DNA from: Bacteroidales bacterium
GTDB lineage: Bacteria; Bacteroidota; Bacteroidia; Bacteroidales; VadinHA17
Reading direction: 5' to 3'
Assembly (NCBI GenBank): GCA_034003345.1
Contig: JAVEYS010000004.1
Coordinates: forward strand, 1,560-65,559
Length of the DNA: 64,000 nt
Of this stretch, positions 46,955 through 55,784 are shown in pieces. The translations under genes were made by a program, and so were the position numbers. How positions within the stretch are numbered: the first letter of the stretch is position 1; every line of letters starts with the position of its first letter. The notes below the pieces were generated by a model, which worked only from the letters and a program-made list of their open reading frames with translations, had not been told where the DNA came from and did no database searches.

Positions 46955-48243
46955 GGTTGTGTGCCAAATAAAAGTTTACCCTGAAGGGTAGACAAATATG
47001 GTAAAAATTAATAGTGATTTATCTAGTATTTTTGAGATTAATCATGAAGAAAAAAATCATTAGAACTGCGCAAAAAAGTGAACGAGTTGTATTTTGCATA
47101 TGGTCATACAAAGTCTTCTATTATGGAGAAAGAAAGAGTGAGTAAGCCATTTGTAATACGTTGGACTCAGTCACCGGATCAGGATTTTTTACAAGATAAT
47201 AGAGGTTGGTTGAAAGGCAGACCAAGGTGTTTTTCTGAAGACACAGCAGATCGTGTTCAGGAGATACACAGGCAACTTAAGGACGATCCTCATAATTTTT
47301 ATATGGGTGCTACTGCGGTATTACAGGGATGGCGCAGGAGCTATCCGGAGGCTCCAGCGCCATCCTTACGGACGATAGGCAGGATCATGAAAGATCTTGG
47401 CTTAACCCAGGCTCGAAAAGGTCGCAATAAAGGAGCTGCGGCATATCTCTGCTATCCGGAGTGGACTATTTATTCTGGTCTGGGAGGCAGGGTATTAGAA
47501 GCTGATTTTATAGGTAAGAAATACATCTCTGGGCGTACTGCTCCGGTTAACTTTATTGGGTTTTCATTTAAGAAAGATCCTCGCCTTCGTTATTATAAAC
47601 GTATTGAATCACAGACCTCTGAGTATTTTATTGAACAAGCAGGTTTATTCTTTTCGAAGTTTGAAAAGCCTGATTATATCAAGATGGATAATGCTCTGAC
47701 TATGATCGGGAGTGCCTCTGGAAAAAGGAACATATCATCTGCCATGTTATTCCTGCTCAACCACCATGTTGTTCCTATTTTCGCAGTCCCGCGTAAACCT
47801 TTTTCTCAAGCTTCTATCGAAGGCAACAACAGTGTTTTTGCAAGGCTATTCTGGAACAAGAATGAGTTCTCAAGTGTGGAACAGATTGATGAGCAATTAG
47901 AGTGGTTTAATGAGTCATCACTTAAATACACAAATTATATTGCACCAGATAATAATATCAATAAACCTAAACTCAACTTCCAACCAGAAGTGATCTTCAT
48001 CCGTCAGGTTGGTGAAAAGAATGGAGTCGGGGGTATTGATGTACTTAATGAACGACTTGCCATAAACCAGGAATATATTAACTACTTTGTCCTGGCCAGA
48101 TGGTCTCTAAAAGAACAAATTCTGCGAGTATATTTTGAAAAAGAAAAATGCAGTATTTTAATAGAGGAATTCCCGTTTTTAATCAGCGGTAATTCTTTGA
48201 AAAAGATTTATGCAAAAGGTAAACTTTCATTTGACCTATAACC
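46955..48243 (+). mobile_element. 1289-bp insertion sequence with 26-bp imperfect terminal inverted repeats and one DDE transposase gene
   Basis: IRL is GGTTGTGTGCCAAATAAAAGTTTACC (46955-46980). The reverse complement of IRR (48218-48243) is GGTTATAGGTCAAATGAAAGTTTACC, matching 21 of 26 positions. ATTAAG lies immediately on both sides, consistent with a 6-bp target duplication. GC content is lower than in the flanks. Confidence 0.8.
47078..48241 (+). CDS. DDE (rve/integrase-core) transposase
   Basis: 387 aa from a GTG start. An N-terminal HTH-like region ends in VIRW. The candidate catalytic triad is D143 (LEADFIG), D204 (IKMDNA) and E248 (PRKPFSQASIEGNNSVF). An ATG at 47044 is out of frame across an A6 run. 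Confidence 0.8.
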   Translation: MNELYFAYGHTKSSIMEKERVSKPFVIRWTQSPDQDFLQDNRGWLKGRPRCFSEDTADRVQEIHRQLKDDPHNFYMGATAVLQGWRRSYPEAPAPSLRTIGRIMKDLGLTQARKGRNKGAAAYLCYPEWTIYSGLGGRVLEADFIGKKYISGRTAPVNFIGFSFKKDPRLRYYKRIESQTSEYFIEQAGLFFSKFEKPDYIKMDNALTMIGSASGKRNISSAMLFLLNHHVVPIFAVPRKPFSQASIEGNNSVFARLFWNKNEFSSVEQIDEQLEWFNESSLKYTNYIAPDNNINKPKLNFQPEVIFIRQVGEKNGVGGIDVLNERLAINQEYINYFVLARWSLKEQILRVYFEKEKCSILIEEFPFLISGNSLKKIYAKGKLSFDL

Positions 48244-48327
48244 ATTAAGAATTAAGAGTTAAGAATTAAGAGTTAAGAATTAAGAGTTAAGAGTTAAGAA
48301 TTAAGAGATAAGAGTTAAGAATTAAGA
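48244..48327. repeat. heptanucleotide tandem array (RTTAAGA) x 12, right part
   Basis: The units run attaaga, attaaga, gttaaga, attaaga, gttaaga, attaaga, gttaaga, gttaaga, attaaga, gataaga, gttaaga, attaaga. Phase and orientation match the left array. Confidence 0.95.
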
Positions 48328-48401
48328 AATAGATTATCAAGTCTTTAGATCTTAAGGTGGGGCCACTATTGGCTGGGCGACAGACTACACGACCAAAAAA
48401 T

Positions 48402-49418
48402 ATGAGAGTTACTATTAACATAGGCCTTCTTCTTATTCTTCTTCTTCTTGCATCTGCCCCGCTTGCTGAAGGGCAGGAGTTCAGCGTAATGTTTTACAAC
48501 GTTGAGAACCTGTTTGATACTTCGGATGACACTACAACAAATGATGATGAGTTCCTTCCAGCTGGAAGCAGGCACTGGACGACAGGCAGGTACAGGAAAA
48601 AGCTCAATGCTCTGGCACAAGCCATATCCGCTGCCGGTCAGTGGGAGCTGCCGGCACTGGCAGGCCTCTGTGAGGTGGAGAATGAGGCGGTGGTGAGAGA
48701 TCTTGCCTATGGTACTATACTGTCAGCAGGCAATTATGGGATTGCCCACAGGGAATCACCTGACAGGCGTGGCATAGACCTGGCCCTGCTCTATAACCGT
48801 GACCGGTGCAGGGTCATTGACGTCAGGTCATGCATACCCCAACGAACCGATGATGATCCGTTTGAGTCGAGGAATCTTCTTTATGTAAAAACGGTCACTG
48901 CCGGTGACACTCTGCATGTTATACTATGCCATTTCCCCTCTAGAAGGGGAGGGGTGCTGGCAACCGAAGGAGCCAGGGAAGAGATGGCGAGGCTTGTCAG
49001 GGTAACAACTGATTCGATTATTGCTTCGTCTGACGGAGCATCGGTCATTGTTATGGGCGATTTCAATGCCGGTGCCGATGACGGGATCATGAAGATCATT
49101 ACGGACGGCGCCCATCTCATCAATGCTGCTGCCTTCTTTCCGGCCGGCAGGGGCGGATCATACAGGTACCAGGGGACATGGGAGCTGATAGATCAGATAC
49201 TTGTCTCGTCGTCAATGACTGACGGTACCGGATCATTTCATGCTGACCTGCAATCATTCAGGCTGCCTGATGCTCCTTTTCTTCTTACTGATGACCAGGC
49301 CTACCCCGGGAAGAAACCTTTTTCAACATACAGCGGATACAGATGGGTGGGAGGTTACTCAGATCATCTGCCGGTGCTGATCACTATAGGCCATTCGTCA
49401 ACGTCACTCCGGCGTTAA
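48402..49418 (+). CDS. secreted endonuclease/exonuclease/phosphatase (EEP) family protein
   Basis: Starts MRVTINIGLLLILLLLASAPLAEGQ. It has FSVMFYNVENLFD, CEVEN, VMGDFN and a C-terminal SDHLPV motif. Confidence 0.8.
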   Translation: MRVTINIGLLLILLLLASAPLAEGQEFSVMFYNVENLFDTSDDTTTNDDEFLPAGSRHWTTGRYRKKLNALAQAISAAGQWELPALAGLCEVENEAVVRDLAYGTILSAGNYGIAHRESPDRRGIDLALLYNRDRCRVIDVRSCIPQRTDDDPFESRNLLYVKTVTAGDTLHVILCHFPSRRGGVLATEGAREEMARLVRVTTDSIIASSDGASVIVMGDFNAGADDGIMKIITDGAHLINAAAFFPAGRGGSYRYQGTWELIDQILVSSSMTDGTGSFHADLQSFRLPDAPFLLTDDQAYPGKKPFSTYSGYRWVGGYSDHLPVLITIGHSSTSLRR

Positions 49419-50816
49419 TCCAAGCTCTATCCCCTTCCTGATCATGAACTCACGGGCAGCCTCATGATCATTTGAGATAACACCGTCAAGGATGGCCTCC
49501 TTGATGGCAGATTTAATCTTTCCTACGACCGGACCGGGAGCTATTTTGAAGGTGGCGATTATCTCTTCACCATGCACAGGTGGCTGGAAGACCCGCACGG
49601 CATCTTTCTCCTCTATCTCTTTCAATTTGCAACGCAATAGAGCGAAATTATTACGGTGCTTCTTCACCTTCATCCTGTTACCGGATGTGATGTCAGCCTC
49701 GCATAACAGCATCAGGTCGTCAATATCATTGCCTGCTTCGAACAGCAGCCTGCGGATTGCCGAATCGGTCACCTCCTCCTGAACAAGGGATATAGGCCTC
49801 AGATGGAGCCCGACAAGCTTTTTTACATATTTCATCCTGTCATTAAGGGGAAGCTTAAGACGTTTGAATATTTCCGGAATCATCTTAGAGCCCAGGAACT
49901 CATGGCCATGGAATGTCCAGCCGGTCCCCGGCACGAACCTTTTTGTTGCCGGCTTGGCCACATCGTGAAGAAGGGCTGCCCATCGCAGCCACAAATCCTG
50001 GCTCTTCTCAGCCACGTTGTCAAGCACCTTAAGGGTGTGATGGAAGTTGTCCTTATGTCCCTGACCATCCTTGTCCTCCACGCCTTTCAGCCTTGATATC
50101 TCGGGCAGGATGAGACCGAGTAACCCGGTTTCTTCCAGTAAAAGGACTCCCACGGAAGGCGTTTTGGTTGCCATGATCTTGTTAAGCTCGGTGGTTATCC
50201 TCTCTGCCGATACAATATTTATTCTCTCTGCATTGCGTGAGATGGAATCCATCGTCGTGTCAGCGATTTTAAAACCCAGCTGTGCGGCGAACCTGATGGC
50301 ACGCATCATCCTGAGGGGGTCATCGCTGAAGGTGGTATCAGGGTCAAGAGGGGTTCGGATGATGCCGTTGCTGATGTCATCGATACCTCCGAATGGATCG
50401 AGAACTTCTCCCGGGTTATGTTTGTTGAGGCTGATGGCCAGAGCATTGATGGTGAAGTCGCGCCTGTTCTGGTCATCCTCCAGCGTGCCGGGCTTGACTG
50501 ATGGCTTGCGTGAATCTTCCGAATAGGATTCCTTTCTGGCCCCCACGAATTCAAGATCATAGTTGCGGTAGTGAAACATTGCTGTACCGAAGGTCTTGAA
50601 TACCGTTACCCTGATCTCAGGACTGATCTCCCTGGCTACTGCCCTTGCCATGGCAGGTCCGTCACCAAGCACTACGATGTCAATATCCTGGTCGTGGTGC
50701 TCACGCCCCATGATATGATCACGCACATACCCACCGATGACATATGCCTCTGTCTTCTCTCTGTCAGCCACATGAGCGACTATCTCAAAAATCCTGTCAT
50801 CAGGAAAAATATTCAT
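49404..50816 (-). CDS. CCA-adding tRNA nucleotidyltransferase / poly(A) polymerase family protein with an HD domain
   Basis: 470 aa. It has YVIGGYVRD, DIDIVV, RRDFTINALA and an HD region (LLHDVAKP). Confidence 0.85.
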   Translation of the reverse strand: MNIFPDDRIFEIVAHVADREKTEAYVIGGYVRDHIMGREHHDQDIDIVVLGDGPAMARAVAREISPEIRVTVFKTFGTAMFHYRNYDLEFVGARKESYSEDSRKPSVKPGTLEDDQNRRDFTINALAISLNKHNPGEVLDPFGGIDDISNGIIRTPLDPDTTFSDDPLRMMRAIRFAAQLGFKIADTTMDSISRNAERINIVSAERITTELNKIMATKTPSVGVLLLEETGLLGLILPEISRLKGVEDKDGQGHKDNFHHTLKVLDNVAEKSQDLWLRWAALLHDVAKPATKRFVPGTGWTFHGHEFLGSKMIPEIFKRLKLPLNDRMKYVKKLVGLHLRPISLVQEEVTDSAIRRLLFEAGNDIDDLMLLCEADITSGNRMKVKKHRNNFALLRCKLKEIEEKDAVRVFQPPVHGEEIIATFKIAPGPVVGKIKSAIKEAILDGVISNDHEAAREFMIRKGIELGLTPE

Positions 50817-50967
50817 AATCAGTATGACAAATTAACCTTAACCGGTGACAAAATTACAATTTATAGTATAACTTGTAGAAAAATAGATGCTCAGGTGGTA
50901 TCGGCACGGCAATTGCATAAAGTGAACAATATATGTATAAAGCTGTTAAACAATTAAAACAATAAAT

Positions 50968-51330
50968 ATGGCAGAACACTTGACAAAAGATACTTTTCTT
51001 GAGAAAGTATTTAATTATGAACAGAATAAAGAATGGAAATACGCCGGTGATAAACCATGTATAATTGATTTTTATGCCGACTGGTGTGGTCCATGCAAGA
51101 TGGTAGCACCGATAATTGAGGAGCTGTCAACGGAGTACGATGGTAAATTGTATGTCTATAAGATTGATACTGAGGCAGAACAGGAGCTTGCATCTGTTTT
51201 CGGCATAAAGAGTATTCCATCATTGTTGTTTGTTCCGATGGAGGGGCAGCCTCAGATGGCAATGGGTGCATTACCTAAGGATGTCTTTGAAAAAGCGTTC
51301 AAAGATATATTTGGAATAGAAAAAAACTGA
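50968..51330 (+). CDS. trxA: thioredoxin
   Basis: 120 aa with the active site FYADWCGPCKM. Confidence 0.85.
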   Translation: MAEHLTKDTFLEKVFNYEQNKEWKYAGDKPCIIDFYADWCGPCKMVAPIIEELSTEYDGKLYVYKIDTEAEQELASVFGIKSIPSLLFVPMEGQPQMAMGALPKDVFEKAFKDIFGIEKN

Positions 51331-51514
51331 ATTGTTGAAAATAAATTAACTTTTTTGGCTGTTTCACGAAACAATAATGTATCTTGAACGTTATAATCAA
51401 TGAAGGTAGTTTTCTAACAGAAGAGTTAGTTTTCTGGAATTTAGGTTAGGGTTTCGAGTTGAAGGCTGTTTCGAAAGAGACAGCCTTCCTTGATTCATGA
51501 CCCTTATCCTGCAG

Positions 51515-51712
51515 TCATTTCAGTTCCTCAATAATGCCGTCAATTTTCTCCTCGGTCTCCCGCAGTTTTGTGCGGCAAATTTTTATCAGTTCAGCCGCTT
51601 TTTTTACATCATCTGACAGCCTGTCTATATCGGGCTCGCCCTCCTCAATGTTCTTCAGGATAGCTTCTATGCCCTTCATGGCCTCATTGAAGCCGATCTC
51701 TTTTTTTGCCAT
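51515..51712 (-). CDS. xseB: exodeoxyribonuclease VII small subunit
   Basis: 65 aa and helical (FNEAMKGIEAILKNIEEGEPDIDRL). It lies immediately downstream of xseA. Confidence 0.8.
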   Translation of the reverse strand: MAKKEIGFNEAMKGIEAILKNIEEGEPDIDRLSDDVKKAAELIKICRTKLRETEEKIDGIIEELK

Positions 51713-51715
51713 CGT

Positions 51716-52975
51716 CTATTTATTTTTTGTTATCTTTTTTATGGTGCTGGATGCCATGCCCTCTTGAAAATGTGTTGTGATTGTGTCTCCCGGTTCCAGC
51801 TCATCTGGTGAGCGGACTATTTGTCCATTCCTGGTTGTAAGTGTGAAGCCCCGCCGCATTACGCCGGAGGGATCAAGATGTCGCATAGAGTCTTCGAGCC
51901 TGTCAGTGACCTCTTTTGCTGAACGCAGCACATTCTTACCTGAGCGGCGTAATGTCTCGATATGATATCCCAGCTTTTCGTGTTTGACCCTCACTACCAG
52001 TCTGGCTGTTGCTGCGGTGCGGTTCTGCAGGGAGGAGAGCTGCTCACCGGCGGAGTCAATGGCTTCCGTCACTGCAGATGTGAGTGACTCTGCCATTCCG
52101 ATGATTCTGTTCTCACAGTCAATGGTTCGTTCTACCAGGAAATCAGCTACAGCCGTCGGAGTCTTAAGTGACTTCCAGGCTACCATGTCAGTAACTGAGC
52201 GGTCTCTCTCGTGTCCTATGCCTGTCAGGACAGGCAGCGGGAACTGTGTCACATGGTAGGCTATCTCATAGCTGTCGAACCAGCTGAGGTCTGTGGTTGA
52301 TCCGCCGCCGCGTATTATCACTACCACATCATACCTTTCAGCCTCTTCCGATATCAGGTTCAAAGCATCGATCACGGAGCTCTCTGTCGCCTCGCCCTGC
52401 ATCACAGCCCCGAAGAGTTGTGGAATGTAGACATAACCATACGGGTTGTGTACAAGGTGATTGATAAAATCCTGGTAACCTGCTGCTCCTGATGATGAGA
52501 TAACTGCAATATGTCTGGTGTAAGGGGCAAGGGAGAGCTCGCTGTTCATGTTTATCACCCCATCCTCCGTCAGCTGTCTGATTATTGCCTCGCGCTTCAG
52601 AGCCATATCGCCGGCAGTGTAGGCAGGATCGATATCAGTCACATTGAGGCTGAGGCCGTAGAGCTCATGGTATTCGACAGTAGCCTTAAGGAGAATGGTT
52701 ATTCCTGCCCGCAGTGGTATGCCGGTGGTGGCGGTGAAGAAGGTGTTCAGGGAACGGTATTTAGAGGCCCAGATTGTTGCTCTTGCCTTTGCAGTGACCC
52801 TGCCTCCGGGAGTGTCACTGCCGGTTAGTTCAAGGTAACAGTGACCGGCCGTGTGCACTTTCATCTCGGCTATCTCTGCTACCACCCAGAAGGATTCAGG
52901 CAGGGCTTCATAGATCTTGTCACGGATGAGGCCCTGAAGCTCTGTAAGCGTTATCTTTTCAGGTGCGTTCATCAT
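51716..52975 (-). CDS. xseA: exodeoxyribonuclease VII large subunit
   Basis: 419 aa. An OB-fold N-terminus (FWVVAEIAEMKVHTAGHCYLEL) is followed by IRGGGSTTDLSWFD and TGIGHERD. Confidence 0.85.
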   Translation of the reverse strand: MMNAPEKITLTELQGLIRDKIYEALPESFWVVAEIAEMKVHTAGHCYLELTGSDTPGGRVTAKARATIWASKYRSLNTFFTATTGIPLRAGITILLKATVEYHELYGLSLNVTDIDPAYTAGDMALKREAIIRQLTEDGVINMNSELSLAPYTRHIAVISSSGAAGYQDFINHLVHNPYGYVYIPQLFGAVMQGEATESSVIDALNLISEEAERYDVVVIIRGGGSTTDLSWFDSYEIAYHVTQFPLPVLTGIGHERDRSVTDMVAWKSLKTPTAVADFLVERTIDCENRIIGMAESLTSAVTEAIDSAGEQLSSLQNRTAATARLVVRVKHEKLGYHIETLRRSGKNVLRSAKEVTDRLEDSMRHLDPSGVMRRGFTLTTRNGQIVRSPDELEPGDTITTHFQEGMASSTIKKITKNK

Positions 52976-53018
52976 ATGGGTAACTGAGGTTCAACAAGCA
53001 TTATCTTTTCCGGTGTGG

Positions 53019-54668
53019 TCATCGCCTGAGCCTTATCATTTTGAAGACTCTCTCACCCTGATCGGTCACAATCCTGAGGAGATAGACCCCCTGCCCGATA
53101 TTGTCAAGACCGTCAAGCCTTAAGGAGCGGCCAGCGAAGACAGGGTAACTCCATTCTCTGATCAGGTTTCCGCTGCTGCCGGTGAAAGTGACGTCAAGGC
53201 TTCCTGCAGGCTCACGGAACCAGAGGTTTATCTCGTCAAAGAAAGGATTAGGGCCGGCGGTCATGATCACCTCAGGCATATAGGTATGTTTCTCTTCCAG
53301 AAGCCCGAGCACTTTCAGGAAGTCAGGAAGTCCGTAGCCGTAAAGGGTGTCAGGATTATTGAACCTGTCGCTGCTTTCATGCAGGGCAGTGATGATCTCT
53401 GCCGGGGTGGCTTCCGGCACTGCCTGCATCAGTGAGGCAGAGAGACCGCTTATGACAGGGCAGGAGAAAGAGGTACCGCTGCCGGCGTACCAGAGACCCT
53501 GCTCGAGCTGTATGGGTATACCTACCCCCGGGGCAACCACGTCAGGCTTCACCTGTCCGTCAGATGAGTAGCCTGCTGACGAGAAGTCGGAGATGGTCAT
53601 ATCCTGTCTCACGGCTCCCACGCACAGGACGCTGTCGCCGTCAGAGGGTGCAATAATACGAACCCACTCCTTGTTACGCTCGTTGCCTGCGCTGGAGACG
53701 ACGAGGATACCTTTTGAGGCGGCTATATCCGCCGCCCGTGAAATGAACGTCGTATTCCCGTCCATGTCACTGAACGAGTAATCCATTGCCGGATCATCGA
53801 AAGTGTAATATCCGAGAGATGATGTGATGATATCTGCCCCGGCGCTGTCGGCATATTCGGCAGCAGCTGCCCAGTAGTCCATCTCTACAGGGAATTCTGT
53901 CTCGTCATCTTCAGTCCGGAGAAGCAGGTAGTCGGCTCCGGGGGCGGTACCGGCAATGATACCGGGAAGGCTGCCTGCCAGTATTGACATGACAGATGTG
54001 CCGTGATTATTGTAATCGTAAACATTTTCATAGCCTGTGACAAAGTCGTGAGTGGCTATGATGCCACCTCTCTGTCTCAGGGGCTCAAGCGCCTCAATGA
54101 GGTCAGCGTTGTCAAATCCCGCATCAAGTACCGCTATTGTCACATTCTTTCCCGTGAAGCCCGACTGATGCAGGATTGTTCCGTTAAGAGGGGCCCTGGG
54201 ATCAAAGGCATCAGAGTCAGCCCCAGTCTCCGTGGTTCCGTATTTGTTGTATGTTCTTTTAGCCGGGTCGGCCGGGTGTTTCTCCAGCTGGACACGACTA
54301 ATGAAGAGGAGCTGCTCCAGTTCACCTTCATTGACCGGGATGGAAGAGGTAAACAGAGCTGTGTTCATCCATTTTGAGGCACATTTATATGCCAGTCCAT
54401 ACTGGGTTACTGTAGTGATATATTGGGCGCTTACCGGGAGATCATTTATATCAGGAGCTGTGATCTCATATTTCTCTCTCCTGGCGATGGCAGCAGGGGA
54501 TAGGAGCTGTTCGGGTGTGAGGTCCCACACTGTTGCACCCTTATCATAAAAAAAGATGCGATAATAATAGAGGCTGGTCTCATCAGAGGACGACTGAGCC
54601 TGCAATGAGAGGAGGCCTGCTGTCATTGACAGAATGAATGTCGTTATTATGAGCCATAGAGATCTCAT
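53019..54668 (-). CDS. S8 (subtilisin-family) serine peptidase with a T9SS type-A C-terminal sorting domain
   Basis: 549 aa with a signal peptide. The catalytic blocks are VLDAGFD, HGTSVMS and GTSFSCP. The tail is GVYLLRIVTDQGERVFKMIRLRR. Confidence 0.85.
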   Translation of the reverse strand: MRSLWLIITTFILSMTAGLLSLQAQSSSDETSLYYYRIFFYDKGATVWDLTPEQLLSPAAIARREKYEITAPDINDLPVSAQYITTVTQYGLAYKCASKWMNTALFTSSIPVNEGELEQLLFISRVQLEKHPADPAKRTYNKYGTTETGADSDAFDPRAPLNGTILHQSGFTGKNVTIAVLDAGFDNADLIEALEPLRQRGGIIATHDFVTGYENVYDYNNHGTSVMSILAGSLPGIIAGTAPGADYLLLRTEDDETEFPVEMDYWAAAAEYADSAGADIITSSLGYYTFDDPAMDYSFSDMDGNTTFISRAADIAASKGILVVSSAGNERNKEWVRIIAPSDGDSVLCVGAVRQDMTISDFSSAGYSSDGQVKPDVVAPGVGIPIQLEQGLWYAGSGTSFSCPVISGLSASLMQAVPEATPAEIITALHESSDRFNNPDTLYGYGLPDFLKVLGLLEEKHTYMPEVIMTAGPNPFFDEINLWFREPAGSLDVTFTGSSGNLIREWSYPVFAGRSLRLDGLDNIGQGVYLLRIVTDQGERVFKMIRLRR

Positions 54669-55441
54669 TTTATGATGGTTCCGGTGATGTCGGCAATCTC
54701 TATCTTGCCTCTGTTCTTCTCCAGGTCATCGAGGAATTTTGTCTCCTGCTCTGCGAGTTTAGGGTCGGACGGGACGCCGTCCTTATAGGTTATTATCTGT
54801 TTCAGTGTGCCGTCCTCATTGAATATCATCCAGTCGCCGTACTTTAAATCCTCCCTGTATGCACCTTCGTAATAGAGCTTGCCGTTGGGGTGGTAGTATG
54901 AGAAGGGACCTTCGAGCTTACCTGCAAGATATTCGGTCCGCAGGCAGACGGAGCCGTCGGGATAGTACTGCAGCCATTCACCTGTGCGGTTCCCCGAGTC
55001 CCATGTAATCTTCTCTGCCAGGGTGCTGTCAGGATAGTATTTTGTTGACAGACCGTGTCTCAGGTCATCATGATAATACTCTTCGCTGATAAGGTAGGGA
55101 GGCTGTGTTGCCGACCAGAACTTCCACAGTCCCTCTTTTTTACGGGCCACGTACAACCCCTCGGCGGCTTTTACGCCGTCTGAATAAAAGAAGACAGCCA
55201 TCGCTTCATCCTTCTTATCGCTGTAGGTCAGTTCGGAGAGAAGAATGCCCTCTCTGGTGTATCGCTTAAAGAGACCGACAGGCTTATCGTCCTTAAAGGT
55301 GCCCTCGTACATCACCTTTCCGTTGGGATATTTCTTTACCCATGGGCCCTGTTTTTTGCCTCCGGAATCGGTCAGGTTCTGTGCAAAGGTGATGGAACTG
55401 ACCAACAACAGAGTTACTATTAAGAGAGATCGGTTGTTCAT
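54665..55441 (-). CDS. secreted MORN-repeat protein (family often auto-annotated as YwqK antitoxin)
   Basis: 258 aa with a signal peptide. It has about 8 MORN-like repeats (YPNGKVMYEGTFKDDKPVG, YPDGSVCLRTEY, HPNGKLYYEGAY). Its stop overlaps the peptidase ATG as ATGA. Confidence 0.75.
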   Translation of the reverse strand: MNNRSLLIVTLLLVSSITFAQNLTDSGGKKQGPWVKKYPNGKVMYEGTFKDDKPVGLFKRYTREGILLSELTYSDKKDEAMAVFFYSDGVKAAEGLYVARKKEGLWKFWSATQPPYLISEEYYHDDLRHGLSTKYYPDSTLAEKITWDSGNRTGEWLQYYPDGSVCLRTEYLAGKLEGPFSYYHPNGKLYYEGAYREDLKYGDWMIFNEDGTLKQIITYKDGVPSDPKLAEQETKFLDDLEKNRGKIEIADITGTIIK

Positions 55442-55723
55442 AATAAACAGTTTAGTACAAAAGTAATGAAAAGGTCTTGCATATCATCTCAACGCCACAT
55501 AAAGAAGAGAGCTGAGGGAAAGACTTAACCTGTCAGGAAAGTGCCGGAAACGGTTTGGTTTTCTTATGTAATGGAGAGCCTGCTTATCTGACCAGTAGGT
55601 TTGATATTGGCGATGACGGTCTCAGACTGGCGAAAGAAGATTTTGCGGAAACATAATATATGAATAGACTCTGTCTGTTAAAGCGTTCAAACCATCTATG
55701 CATGAATCTGCTGAGATATCTGA

Positions 55724-55764
55724 ATACAAAAGGCCGTGACTGCTTGCGCTGTCACGGCCTTTTT
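55724..55764 (-). terminator. rho-independent terminator downstream of dnaK
   Basis: A 9-bp stem (ggccgtgac / gtcacggcc) is flanked by A and T runs. On the minus strand the hairpin is followed by TTTTGTATT. Confidence 0.6.
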
Positions 55765-55784
55765 GGGTGAAATATATATAGTGA

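Noticed and set aside
46903-48327. Possible CRISPR array or spacer-repeat structure
   Set aside because: The units are contiguous 7-mers with no spacers, and no cas genes are present. It is a microsatellite interrupted by an IS, not a CRISPR array.
54665-55441. Toxin-antitoxin module (YwqK-type antitoxin)
   Set aside because: The protein has a signal peptide and MORN repeats and no toxin-like neighbour. Its partner is a secreted S8 peptidase.
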